Assembly (NCBI GenBank): GCA_004431415.1
Contig: QPMI01000615.1
Span: forward strand, 1-64,000
Direction of reading: 5' to 3'
DNA from: Cyanophora paradoxa CCMP329
Taxonomy: Eukaryota > Plantae > Glaucophyta
DNA length: 64,000 nt
Of this stretch, positions 30,444 to 43,560 are shown piece after piece (within the stretch, counting starts at the first letter, position 1; every line of letters begins with the position of its first letter). The position numbers were made by a program, and so were the translations under genes. The notes beneath the pieces are model-generated. The model saw only the letters and a list, made by a program, of their open reading frames with translations. It made no database searches and was not told where the DNA came from.

Positions 30444-31307
30444 CTAAGCTCTGGACTGGGCCCTGGATAGTGCCTCCTCCATCTCCATCTTGAGCTCCAT
30501 CGCCGACGGCTCTTTCCGCCTCTCTGAAATCAAGTCAAACAATTCTTGCCAACGTGGATGAAATCAAGGAATCACTTTTCGATGAGCGAGACGATCCTTC
30601 TCTTGGGGGCATCTGTACAGCAAACGTTAGCAACAGGAAGGATCCAATCTCAACGCTTCACGCACATGCACGACCTTGTCCATCTGGATAAGGCTTGGGC
30701 GATCGTCGCCTCTAAATCTGACATTGACCTGAACTGCTTTGGGCTGCAGTTCATAAGAAAATCAGATGCTTAAATGCCTTGGGCAATTCATTGGTATGCT
30801 CACATCTCGAGGGGTCTCCACGACAGTTGCTTCATAGAACATGCTGCTCCACTCCTCCACGTCTGGCAAGTACCACAGCGCCAGCACTCGATCGCCAGCA
30901 ACGAATTTCGGGTTAAGATCGGGAAATTCCACGACCTGGCGCATGCGCAGCTAAGCTGCTTGCGCATCAACTACGGCCCGTCTACGGGGCCCTCGCGCGC
31001 CTTGTTGGGGGGAACCTGCCACGTCGACTGCTTGCGGTTCTCCGGGAACATATCTTGAACGATGTACCTGCGCAAACGGGTCAACCTTGGGCGTGCTCCG
31101 CAGCGCAAACGAGCGCCGCATTCACAGACCCGTCCTTTGTGACCTTCGATACGACTGCCATGATCCACTCAAGCTTCCGGGGGTTCTTAGCGTTGTATGG
31201 AACGCAGGCGGCAACCTACGCCGGCCTGAGCACATGCAGAGAGCGATCGCACCGCGCCGCACCTTTGCCCCAGACCGAATGAGCTTGCCTTCGTATTCTT
31301 CCATCAT
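30444..31307 (-). CDS. SGF29-like tandem Tudor protein (3' end approximate)
   Basis: GAK|VAA..., EWIMAVV, YIVQD, FVAGDRVLALW...SSMFYEATVV resemble the SGF29 C-terminal Tudor pair. Confidence 0.55.
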
Positions 31308-32065
31308 GTCGCTGCTTCGCCCCAGATCCAAGAGGCAAGGCCGAGCTCGCCCTGGCCGAAGCGTGTGAATGCGTACACGAAGCTGCTGCAATTGAACAAC
31401 TACGGCCTGTGACAGTGACAGTGTGACACGCGGCTACGGGTACAGCATACACTTCACTTCTGTATATACGGCACGACCTCGACGCTGTGAACAAAGGGCC
31501 GCGAGAGTCCTGGGGAACGGAGCCCCTCTATCCGGTCTACGCGCTAACCGGCGCCGGACGACTGGGGCGGAAGAGGTTGGTGCTCAGCCGGGTATACCGT
31601 ACGTATACGTATACGTACCACGTACTACGTATACGGTACTACGGTACTGGCCATGCCATGGCCATATGCATGATAGGCCATGCCATGATGGCCAACCGTT
31701 GACTCAGTGAACCGGAGGGAGCGCTAGCTATAGCTCGAGAGCTCGCGATCGAGCGCTACCAGCTAGCGCTGGCTGGTGATAGCTATACTATGATAGCTAT
31801 AGCTCAGCGGCTAGCTAGCTAGCTAGCTAATTATAAATTTAAAGCTGCAGGCGCTGCCTCTTCGCCGGTGGCGGGCGGGGCCGCCGACGAGCACCCGGGC
31901 GCCTCCGGGTCCGGATCCGGTGCGGGATCTGGGGCTCGAGCCGGGACTTCGACGGCCGCGACCTCCAGCGGAGGATCTCCTGCAGCTGATGGAGAAACAT
32001 GGGAAGCGCTTTGCTTTTTATTTTGGCTTCGCTTTCGACGACCACAGTGAATTCAGACAGCACGC

Positions 32066-32299
32066 ATCGTACGTATACTTCGGATCGTAATCGTAATCGT
32101 TCTCGCAGGAGCATCTTCATCCGCTACGGCACCGGCATGGACGCGAAGCGCCTGCTCGGCTCGTAGCTAGCTAGGCTCCGATTCCCTTTTCTCCATCAGG
32201 GCACCAGTCCCTGCGGGTTACGCTCTATCCCTAACAGCACGGGTAAAGTTAAAGCGCCGAGGTAGGAGGTCCGGTCGTGCCCGTAGCGTAAAAAGAGCA
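32066..32299 (+). mobile_element. Fanzor last exon + right end / putative omegaRNA, copy A4 (subtype I)
   Basis: CTCGCAG|GAGCATCTTCATCCGC...CGTAAAAAGAGCA. Confidence 0.85.
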
Positions 32300-32438
32300 G
32301 CACGCACGTGCCCCTCAGCGTTCCGTCCCTTTAGGGCCTTAGGACCCGCCACACCTACCAAAGCGCAGACATTGATGCAGCTAGCTAGCGCTAGTACACC
32401 ACGTGTGCACGCTAGATGAGTTGTGGGGCTTGGTCTCC

Positions 32439-33748
32439 TCAGAGGTGAGCAGCCTCCTCTGGCAAATCGAAGAGAACGGTTGTCATGTACCGTTCTGCCC
32501 ATGCATCGCCAAAAGCCATCTCAAGCACTCTGTGACGGCCCTAAGGCAGTGGAAGAGCCGGTAGGAGGTGAGAACATAACAAACCGGCGGGTCTTGTCGT
32601 TTTGTTGCTGGCTGGTGCAGTACGACTTCTGGCCTCGCAAGTTATTGTTAATGTCATCTACTGCAGTGAGTTTTGGCATGATGTTGGCCATGTCGCAATG
32701 AATCTCCATGTAAGAACTGCATATCCTTCAGAAAGAGAATTCATCACAGCTTCGAGACTCACCGCACGAGAGCAAGGAACTGATCCTCCTCGTTCTCGCC
32801 AGCGGGGCGGATAAAAGTGCAGAAAGGAGAAAAGATATGGCCCCAAGGGGGGAGTTCACGCGGCTGAGAGAACTGCGGGCGCTCAAGGCCTTCCAGCCGT
32901 TCTACGTAGCCAGCGGGCAGTCCATTAGGGGATGTAGGTGAAAGGTCCACAATGCAGGCACTGAGCTGTCCTCGTCCCCCTACCTGTAAAGAAATTGACG
33001 CAATAAAAACAGTCGAGGTAGGTGCGGGATACGAACCAGGTCCGCACCAAACATGGGCAGTGCGTACTCCTTATTCGGAAACATCACACAGTGCAAGATG
33101 TCAAGGTTGTTTCCAACCCGTGCAAGCTCCAGGTGCATCTTGCGGAACGCGGTGGACTGGAAGCACCTGAACGCCTTTATTGAGCGCTCTTGGCCCGAAA
33201 GGTGATAGAACCCCGAAACGAGCACTTGTTCTCGATGACCAACCGTTCCCCCTCCAACCGCCCCTCGACGATACCGAGATCCTCAGGAAGTTCGTACGGA
33301 GTCAGATCAAGCTTGTTTTCCCACACCTCCTCGATCGTGTCGGCGAGCCGCTTGATGAGCTGGTGCTGTTCGAAACGGATTGACTTGCGCGGAGAGTCCT
33401 GCGAACGCTGGTCGGCCGCTCAACTACACAGGGCTGGCTATTCACTTGCCTGGACATCCACAGGCGCAGCCTGCATGCGAATATCTACCGGCGCGGCGAC
33501 GGCCGCCGGGCCGGTGCGAGGACGATTGCCAAGCGCAAGGCGCACGTCTCCACAGACGAATCGACGCGCATTCGCAAGATGCTGTGCGAGAGGCAGGCGG
33601 GCGACGTCAGCTACGAGGCCGCAGTACTAGAAGAAGAGCGGCGGACCTTGTAAGCGCCTGCGGGTCGGCGAAGCGAGCACCTGGCTGAAGCAGAGACCCC
33701 GGAGGAGACGTGGTCTCTCGCGAGAACGACCGGCGCTGCCACGAACAT
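32439..33748 (-). CDS. pcyA: Phycocyanobilin:ferredoxin oxidoreductase with plastid transit peptide
   Basis: [107 protein letters not shown]; begins MFVAAPVV. Confidence 0.93.
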
Positions 33749-34077
33749 TGTTGAATCGGAATCTGAGCTCGAGGGGAATCAAATTCAGTGGGTACGCATG
33801 CGCACATCGTGGCGCATGCATGCGCAGCACTCGCATGCGCAGCACTCGCAGCACTCGCAGCAGCTTTCCTTTCCCTTACTAATTAGGGCCCTGCCAGGCT
33901 GCAGCTGGCGGGAACGGGCGAGCCTCCCGGAGTCCCGGAGTCCGGGCAAGGCCCGCATGCATCCAGGTTCTCAAAGTCCCTATGCCCTGTCATAGCATGT
34001 GGGGCCTTCGACACGCGGACTGCGCCCCGCGGACATCACATCAGGGCCTCGCCCGGATTTAACCAGACGGTCTTCGA

Positions 34078-34241
34078 GTGGACGCGAAGCACATGCTCGG
34101 CTCGTAGCTAGCTAGGCTCCAATTCCCTTTTCTCCATCAGGGCACCAGTCGCTGCGGGTTACGCTCTATCCCCAACAGCACGGGTACAGTTAGAGCGCCG
34201 AGGTAGGAGGTCCGGTCGCGCCCGTAGCGTAAAAAAGAGCA
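34078..34241 (+). ncRNA. Fanzor right end / putative omegaRNA, copy A5 (subtype I)
   Basis: Homology to A1/A4; ends AAAAAAGAGCA. Confidence 0.7.
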
Positions 34242-36611
34242 TATGCCCATCATGGCATCAACTGAGTCCGGGATCCAGGCGAGCCTCGGAGACTGCAGCT
34301 GTGTTCCTATACCGTATTACTGCGCCGTAGCGTTGCCCCGGGCCCGGCCTCGCAGTCACTGCCGGCGCCAGGCTCACCGCGGACCCTAGCGAGCTAGCAA
34401 GAACTTCGGAATTCGAACAGCCGCTGAGCTAGGGCTAGCCAGATACCAATATGCTCAGTAGTAGATTATCCCATGTTCCCCTTGGAAGAAAAAGCGCTTT
34501 AGTACTACGGCAGACTCAAACTGCCAGCATTTTAGGCACTGCGCCAGCCTGGCTGCCAACAGTCATGCCAGCATGTGCGGTAAGTGGGGAACTTGTGAAT
34601 CGCAGGCCAATGGAAGATTTGGGCATCTCATTGATATACTCAATTCGATATGCACTTGAAGGCTGCCAGTGCACCCTTGACTCACTGTGGTCACTGAGAC
34701 GGGTTCCACAGGACAAGGTAATTATAAAGTCACTGAGTGACATGTGACATGTGACAAAAAACCAGTGGCAGCCGCTGCTCTTGCCAGTGAGCTTGGAAGT
34801 ACAAAGCAGTAGGATTTGCCACAGAGTGGATCCGGCCGCGGAGTTTTCAGGCTCAAATTGTGTATCCGGCAGTCATTTCAATGGAAGGTCCTTTTTCTTC
34901 CCATTTTTCTTTCTGAAGTGCTGTGGTGCACTTGACTGTTCAGTGCCGGTTCAGTTTCTGCTCGATTCTCGGAATTTGCAAACAACAGACAAACAGACCA
35001 ATTGCAAGTGTTTCCTCTCAGCCAACAGCAAACAACAATTGCAAGTACAAGTAAGTGTTTTTTGAAGATTGTCTTCTCCGAGTGTTATTGTGAATGAAAG
35101 AGTTCAATGGAATATCAATCTAGCGCTAGCTATAGAGATTAATCCCAAGCACGCCTTCCTTGCCTTATTTGCAATTGTTGCTTGTGTAATTATGATTCCG
35201 ATTTCGATGATCGACTGATCATGATATCCAGGTCAAGCTTGCCCATGATCATGAAGAAGTGTTTCCTCCCGGCCAACAGAAAACAAGAAGCACAACAAAG
35301 TGCTTTCAAGTTTTCCAAATCAAAACATCCAATGATCATAGAAAACCTAATATAAATGTTCATGATCATTTCTTCTTCTTTCTTCACTTGATAGTAGAAT
35401 GTTATTCAGCCCTAGAGCTTCTAGATCTCCTTTCTTATGCAGATAGTTATTTATAATTGTATGATTCAGGTCATTTTAAGTTTTCTGAAAAATTCTGGGG
35501 GGGTGCGGGGGGGCGGAGCCCCCCTGCTTGTTAATAATGCAGCTGCAGGGATATCGATCCGGATCCGGACTGCGGCACTCGAGATCGACTCGGCAAGCTC
35601 GCGCGCCGCCGGCCGGGTGTCACTGAGAACCGGTTGAACTGCAGATACTGCGCATGCATCATGATCATGGCCATCATGCATGGCACTCAGTGCATGACTC
35701 AGTGACTGCCTCTACAAATGAATTCGCACACACCGAGACAAATGGCTAGCCTAGTAGGGATAAGACTGCAAGCTGCAGTGTCCATCTGTGTCAAATCGAG
35801 ATCTAGAGATGAGCCCTGATCATGAGCCTACGGGAACAAGCCTTTCGGACATCGGACCGGGTGGAGCTATATATTGCAATTGTACTGGACTCCGGGGAGA
35901 AAGGGGCCTATACCTGCCTAGAAATGAAACGCTGCCTACGTATATATATATATATATACACCTGCTGAGCCTCGGAGAGAGCCGAAGCAGAGCGCTAGCT
36001 GATCATGAGCTAGCGCTGAGCTACTAAAACCCCCCTCAGCCTCATATTTCAGGACATGTGTGCATGCACGGCACTGCGGCATACGCGTACGTATACGCGC
36101 GCATGCGCATGCCGCGCGCAGCTGCAGAGCAGTGCTAGTACTAGCTATAGTGTGTGCGCATGCCGCAGTGCCGCAGTGCATGCGCAGTACTAGCTAGTAG
36201 CTATATAGCTAGTGCGCGCGCGCACGCCGGCGTTAATTGCGCGGGGCGGCCCGGGCCGCGGCGCGGCGCGAGCTCGAGCTCGAGGTCGAGGCGCGCGGCG
36301 CACCGTTACGTATACCGGCACGGGTACGTAGCGGACACGTGCAAGTTTACGGACGGATTCGAATTCATTAGAGTCAAAAATCCTGGACTCGGGTTTCCAT
36401 TGCGTTCAGGGTACGCCACCAACAACGCGGCTCGACCACGCAGATCGAAGCTCGTGTGGCCACGCTTCAGCAGCGGGCGCTTGACGCTGCCGAACTCGAA
36501 GCTAAAGGCCACGGAACGCAGCGCTAGCGCAAGCACGCCCAGTCCGTGCTTCGATTTGGATTGTTGTTGTTTAGCTGGCCTCCGCTGGCCTCCGCCGCAT
36601 GTGTTTGATCG

Positions 36612-39600
36612 ATGGACCCGGACCCAAAGCGTCTCCGAATCGGAGGCCCAACTCCGCACCTGGCTCCGCGCGCACCTCCGTATGGCCCGAGTTCTGCTTC
36701 CGGAGCTAGCTGGGCCTCCAGCGCGTCCTTGTACTTTACCAGCCCTTCGTCCGGTGCGCTTTTCGTGCGCGCGTGCACGCTACCTGAACCCGCCTCACTT
36801 CGTTTTTCCCGCAGACCGGCCTGCTCGAGCTGGTCTCGTCAGACTGAGTTTGAAGCTAGAGAACGTGAGCACCAGCGTGAGCACATGGGCATACAAAATC
36901 ATTGTATGTCGTTTCCTGCCCGCGCGCGAAGCGCGCCCCCCTGCTGACAGTCCTCAGGTGCGGTCGTTGGTTGGAGCGGAGTCCTTAATCGTGAAGGAGT
37001 CGATCACCGTCGTCCCCGAAGACCTCCTTGAAATCTTCTTGCCGGGCCTGTACCTTGCGGAGGCCTTCGTAATTGACCGCGCACACGATGCAGAGGTGCC
37101 CCAAAGTAGCTGCCTCCCATTGTTGCCTGATGAATTCTTGCATGCACACTGGACATACGACCGCCCAAGTACAGGTCACTTCAATTCCAAGAGCATCCTT
37201 GAGATTTGCCATCACTGGCGAGGATGGCATCTGGTTTGATGATCTCCAGGATCGAATCGTTATTGCGAGTGTGCCCTTTCTCCTGCACCTAGTATGCTCC
37301 ATGATCTGACAGCAGTTGGAACTACAGGCACCGCGTACGAGTTGTTGCTGCAGATGGAAGCACGGGAACGATACATGAGCTCTAAACGTTCTAGCCATGA
37401 GCCCGACTCTAACCCTGCCATATTGAACGCGATCCGAGCGTCATGCAAGATCCTTTTACGTGATGCCATAGGCGGTATATGCTCTCTCAGTGCACCTGAG
37501 CAAGTGGCTGTGCTCAATTCTCCAAGTTTCTTCTGCAAATCGACGCCTTTGCATCTAGCATCGTCCATCCCAGACCCTGATGTCGTCAACATACTGGCGG
37601 TCTGTTTACACTTTTGGCTTGCGCACTCTTGTTTCCCACTATTGAAATCGCTCACAACAGGGCGAAGACGGTCTGAATCTCATGATGCGCAATGGAAGGG
37701 GCAATACGGCAGGTATAATAAATCTGTTGGCTAATGCGTGAAGCTAATTCAGATCTGACTTTTCGTTTCAGCCCACCAAGCGGCGATTGAGGTTGCTCTT
37801 CGCTGGCAAACAGGCGGAACCCAAACGTACAGGGACATTATAGAGAAGCTCATGGCCACCTGTCCAAGACTTGCAGAGATTGAAAACTGTCCGCTTGAGC
37901 CTAGATACCAGAAATCCAGCTCTTACCCCACTGCAGATGAAAGGAAGCGTGTATCTGATATCCTCGCTGCAAGTCCAGCGTATCCCCAGCCACTCTCCAC
38001 GCCAAGCCCAGCTGGTGTGAATCTCCGCCGTGCATTCCGTGACAATTCGCCGTTAAGATCTTAACCAGCACATGTCTGTAGGTGGGCATGTGTTTCCGAA
38101 CGGCTTTTCATCAAGTTCAGGAGGACGAGACCTTAGTGGCTCACAAGACAATCCGATGTTGAAGCCCGCGACTGGTGAGGACGCCCAGCGTTTTCTTGAT
38201 GTGAAAGGTTGCGTAGTCATTTGCGGCAGAGCGGTCCCAAGCAGTCGGCCAGGGGTCGAGTGCTCGAGCACAGACTCCCTCATTTAATCTTGTGCCTGCA
38301 GCACAGCCATCAGCAGAAGAACCCCCTCCTTGGAGTGCAAGTTCGTCTCGAAGGCCGAGTGAGGAGCACACTTCACCGAGTGTGCAGCCCTCGACACCTC
38401 CAGCCTCTCAGAGTGGTAGGACCTTCCAATCTTCTCGATTGATTCTTTACCTTGTTTAAACAGGATCGAAACGGAAAAACCTTACCGGGGACTATTTCGT
38501 GTCTGGGTTCGTACAAATAAGAGCAGAGACAAATATAAAGCCAACATGTTTTTTTTCTGATACGGAAACGGCAAACAGAGAGCGGATACGGGAGGAAGTC
38601 CTCACCGACTTCCATATGGCCGGACGGGGGCCATCGAATCTTCGTTGCATGTTTGTAGAGCTGTACAAAAACATAAACCAGGGAAGCCATCCAGTGGTGT
38701 GTATTTTCATAGCATGAATCATGTACCTCCACGCGACTGCGCACTGCAGACTGGTCCTGGCATGATGCTTATGGTGAGCTTGGCTGCATGGAAACGTGTA
38801 TTTAGTGATTCAGTGCCATGCAGGAACGAAGAGGAAACCAGGGTGCAACTGGTGCTGTCCTGGTAATTCTTTCAATCAGTGGGGGGCTTACTGTTTGCTG
38901 AAACTAAAACTAATCCCATTACGGCAGATTGGGGGAAATGTTCGTTTATATTTTACATGATACCCCATCCTTTGCCTGGCGTTTGATGCAATTCAATACA
39001 GCAACCACAGCTCTACGAACTTGCAGCTGAAATCAGAATGCAAGCACTACCCGATGAGTTTCGGTCGGTCTTTAATCTCGTCTTGTCTTCATTCATGTGC
39101 CTCTCTCATCTTTTGCATCCAGGCCTGTCATAAGTCAACTGGCCATCGAAGAAAAGTTGATAATACGTGGCGAGCTTCTTGTTCAGCCACCCGAAGACCT
39201 GCCTCAAACTCCATCAGGTAAATTTCCGGCCACTTCATGTGTTTTATTCAGTTCTGCCTCGCAAGTGTTGAATGAAGTCTCGTGCAGGATGGACGCCGGT
39301 CAACTCTAGTGCCCGAGGTATGCGCTGCTGCCAAGAAACCTGTCTTTTGCTGTTACAAAGCAAGCTCCAGGGAATGAGCCTTTGATAATGGGACGCTCTG
39401 AACGAGGAGTTCGTGGCTCAGCGTTTCAACAACACCCGTAAACCTGGAAATTCCCAAGCTCTCTTGTGTTCCCTGACCAGTGGTTATAGGTGCATAGCGA
39501 AAATGCTGCAGAATGGCACTGTGGTGGCCATGGCCACCTTCTCTGTGAACGCTCTCTCTTCACATCACGGGAACAGGCACAGGACTCTCTCTTTTATTAT

Positions 39601-39876
39601 CAGACCTACCTTCATTTGACTGCATCCTGCTCGAATCCAGGCTCTTCAGAATATTATTGTGGGTTGATATCAGCAACATTTCCCACCACCAGCTTTCGCG
39701 AACATTCTGTTGGGGTGTTTCGCCAGCTTTCCGTGCAATTGCAAGGTGAGAACCGTGTTTATCATCAAAAGCCCCTTGCTGACAGCTGCGTAGAGTACCT
39801 GCGGGGTTCATCCCCAAGACTCCTGATGGTCCGCGCCTTGATCACCACCATTATCCTTTGCTCATTCAAACCGTGA
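36612..39876 (+). CDS. Multi-exon hypothetical protein (ends approximate)
   Basis: MDPDPKRLRIGG start and a chain of + strand ORFs separated by short intron-like gaps, without palindromic decay; no family recognised. Confidence 0.4.
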
Positions 39877-39919
39877 AATCAGGGATTCCCCTTCCATCTG
39901 CTCAATTGCCAACGAGAAA

Positions 39920-40077
39920 CCTGCTCACTGGAGTCAGCTCGTAGCTAGCTAGGCTCCGATTCCCTTTTCTCCATCAGGGCACCAGTCCCTGCGGGTTACG
40001 CTCTATCCCAAACAGCACGGGTACAGTTAAAGCGCCGAGGTAGGAGGTCCGGTCGTGCCCGTAGCGTAAAAAGAGCA
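39920..40077 (+). ncRNA. Fanzor right end / putative omegaRNA, copy A6 (subtype I)
   Basis: Homology to A1; ends AAAAAGAGCA. Confidence 0.7.
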
Positions 40078-40515
40078 ACCTCCCCCCATCCTACATACAG
40101 TGATACCCGCTAGGACGAATCAGGTAGATTACGGCGCTGGCTTCGATTCGATCATGAGGTGACTTTTGATTTGAATTCGAATAAAGAGACCTATCTTGAG
40201 TTCCAGCCGCTGAGCTCCTCGTGCTCTGCCAGGCTGCCCTTCCTCTCGTTAATGGACTCAGTATAGAAGGGAGTTCAAGGCTGGTCTCGCACGGCCCCTA
40301 TATTTCTATATTTGCGGTTGACCTTCCGTCTATGTATATACATATGGCCATGTCGCCCGGCCAATGTCTGCACATGTACACCGTACTGGGATTCGATTTT
40401 GAATTAAGAGAAACGATTACGATTAATTCGATTTTGATTGCAATTACGATTAATATTAGAGGGTCGATTTTGATTGCTGCTAGCGGGCTGCGGGCTTCAG
40501 AAGCTCGAATTCGAA

Positions 40516-40634
40516 AGCAGAACTTGCTATTCGACAAACTTGAAATACAGCGTAGAATGTGGGCAGAGACACTGAGGAGCTGGAGGAACTCATGATCATC
40601 GGCAGCTTCTGTTAAACACCTAAGAAAACAAAGC
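40516..40634 (-). pseudogene. Copy of the RFC4 3' end (source 28574-28693)
   Basis: Direct alignment with one block replacement and one 6-nt insertion. Confidence 0.85.
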
Positions 40635-40964
40635 TAGCGGAAAGGATCGATGCGCGCCGATTCCCTAGCACTCGTGTAGCTGTCTTGCCGATCCCGCGCC
40701 GGGAAGCCCGCGCCCCGGCCCGCAGTGGTCGAAAACCGACGGTAACGGCGCTAGACGCCGCATATCGTATCATGTTCAGTGTCTTGCAATCTCCATTACT
40801 GCTGCCTGTCGCCTAGCGCGCTGCCCCCCTCGCTGCGCCACTACACAATACATAATCCATTGATGAATTGATGAATGGGGGGGGGGGGGGGGGGGGGGGG
40901 GGGGCAATCCCCCTCGCTAATGGCATTGATGAATTGGGGGGGGGGGGGGGGGGGGGGGGGGCGG

Positions 40965-41365
40965 CGGAACGCAACGAATATAGAAGCTAAGCACGCCTTG
41001 ACAAAATACCTGGGCAATGCGACTGAGGTTAAGGAGGGATGAGTGAAACCCAGAAGCTGTGCAAACAAAAAAGGTCGCCTTGTGTTGGATCATGGTCCAA
41101 GAGGCCCGATGGGAACAATTAAGAAGAAGTTGATGAGGGAAGCCAAGCTGTTTGTGCGTAGCAGGGTTTAAATCAGAAAGACGAAGGACTGGGAAGGGGA
41201 GAGGCTCCGCTGGTTGAAGATCCAATGGGGAATCAGAAGGTTCACAAAGAAGTAAAGCTAGGGATTTCTCAAGGGATAAGTGTTGACCAGAGTAGCAATT
41301 GGCAGCAAATTGGACCAGTGGAGATCCAGGTGGACGAGGAATGTCAGGTTGGATCACTAGGGGGT
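40965..41365 (-). mobile_element. Diverged internal fragment of the LINE RT region
   Basis: DIPRPPGSPLVQFA, SGQHLSLEKSLA, HKQLGFPHQLLL, WTMIQHKATFF, FCQGVLSFYIR align with ORF 48469-53919. Confidence 0.88.
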
Positions 41366-41453
41366 CATCGGGGAGGGGTACAGCGCGACTGCGAGTCTGC
41401 GAGGCGGCCCCCCGGGCGGCGCGGCGCGAAGCGTTGTCGCTGCATCGCGAAAG

Positions 41454-43440
41454 ATGGATGGCGCGCCAGCCTCTCTGCGTCTGAATGGGCGGAGTCTCTC
41501 TGCTGACCGCGAGCCTTCGGCGCACCGCAGACTTCCGGAAGACTCTCGACGCCCTCATGGGCAAGAATCGCAACGGTAAGCGCGCGCTCGTGCATCCCGC
41601 GTTGAATACTCATTCGTCTCTCGTTCACGCACAGGCGACACGGTTGAGGTGCTTGCAACTCGTGCGGCTTGAGCGCACCGAATGAGTGTCATGCATTCCA
41701 CAGGATGAGCCGAAAGAATTCAAAGACTCTCGGCTGTGTCGCTTCTATCTGTGCGGTCTCTGTCCGTACGAGGTACGCGCATGCGCAGCGCGACGCCCCA
41801 CTCCACTGATCGCCCCACCAGCTCTTCCTGAACACAAAGGCGGACATGGGCGAGGTATAGTTTTGCATTTTCTTTTAGAATTGTGAGTGAATTGAACCGG
41901 TCGCAGTGTCCGAAAATGCACATGACGGCGATGAAGAGAGCGTGCGCGCGCAGCTCCGCCTCGTTCAGATCCGTTCTCATGCAGTTTTTTTCCTCAGTTA
42001 CAAGGCGCAAACCGAGGTAAGCTATGAGGGTGACCTCGAACGCGAACTCGATCGCGTTGTTGTCGAGGTATGCAATGCTCTCTGTTATGTTGTACGGAAT
42101 CCTCGTACAGATTGCTTTTCCCCAGATGGATCGCAAGATTGCGAAGGCGATGAAGGTTCGCGGTATCCTTCGAGTTTTCTTATGCCCTCTTAGCCTTGCA
42201 TTGCAGCGTTTGGAAGAGGTTGACCCCGAATCTGGCTCCAAATTCCGGCTCACGGAGCTCTCGAAATGCGAGGAAGCGGACAAGATGACCGTAGAAATCA
42301 ACGAGAAGCTGAAGCAACTCGAAGAAGCGAAGGACAACGACGAGAGCGACAAGGCTGCTGTGCTGGAAGAGGAGATCACCGCAATGCGCAATCGTAGAGT
42401 GCGCGGCTCGTGTCAGTGCTTTCAGTCTCTTTTTTTCTCCTGAACAAAGTTTGCCGCCGTCATTGCAGGCAGAAGTCGAGGGAGATGCCTTGATGGCCCA
42501 TATGCCAGCTGCGCAAGCTTCCTCGGAGGAAGTTGCTCGCCAACGGCAGGCTGCAAATGCGCCGCCTCCAGGGCCCGATGGTGTCGTCCCGCCGCCGCCT
42601 CCTGTCAACCCAGCTCTCTCAATGCCCGCGATGACACGCGGCATGAATTCTGTGCAAAAGCTCCGTTGGTTCGCCTCCAGTCGGATACCAGTGGCTTCTT
42701 TTGTGCTGACCTGTTGCTTGCAGCTGCGATTGCTGCGGAGCTTTCATCAGCATTTTTGATTCGCACAGCCGGGTTTGCGTGGTTGTCTCCTGTGTTTTTC
42801 GACGCTTTCACTGATGGATTTCTTAGCTCGCCGACCATTTCGGAGGCCGCATGCATCTTGGGTATGTTACTGTGCGCGAGAAGCTGGCGCAGCTTCGTGA
42901 GAACCGTAAAAACCGGCCGCCGAGCTTCGCGCCCCCTGTGCCATCGCCGACCGACCGGTATGCGTATCGCTATGCTCATGCTCTGTATTTGCTGATTATT
43001 TCTCGAAGTGACGCGGACCGCGACCGCCGCGACCGTGACCGTGACCGCGACCGCGACCGCGACCGCGACCGCGACCGCGACCGCGACCGCGACCGCGACC
43101 GCGACCGCGACTATCGCCGAGACCGTGACAGAGGCAAGGGTCTTTCAGTTATGAATAAGCTTTGTGATATTGTGCATGCACTGTGCAGCGTCTGAATTGG
43201 CTTGTGCAGATCGCGACTATCGGCGTGACCGTGACCGTGATCGAGGTATGTGATTCATGCCCGGGCGTTCTTTTTCCAATGCTCAATCTTGTTGCACACG
43301 TAGACAACCGGCGCGATCGGCGCCGGAGCCGGAGGTGAGTTGCATCTGCGATTGGTGCTTTGGTCGACTCTGACTCTGAATTCGTTTTTAGCCGGAGCCG
43401 GAGCCGCAGCCGCAGCCCCCGGGACAAGCGCAGGAGGTAG
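41454..43440 (+). CDS. LUC7: LUC7-like U1 snRNP splicing factor
   Basis: MDDFRKTLDALMG, CRFYLCGLCPYE|LFLNTKADMGE|CPKMH, C..CGAF, LADHFGGRMHLGY, RD/RS-rich tail. Confidence 0.9.
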
Positions 43441-43466
43441 ACGGCCATTTTTGATGCAACACGTGA

Positions 43467-43560
43467 TGCTCTTTCTAAGCTACGGGCGCGACCGGGCCTC
43501 CTACCTCGGCGCTTTAACTGTACCCGTGCTGTTTGGGATAGAGCGTAACCCGCAGGGACT
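43467..43560 (-). ncRNA. Fanzor right end, short copy A7 (mosaic of subtypes)
   Basis: Reverse complement of AGTCCCTGCGGGTTACGC...TTAGAAAGAGCA. Confidence 0.72.

Noticed and set aside
34450-35500. Possible gene fragment
   Set aside because: Only short ORFs, no consistent exon chain or family
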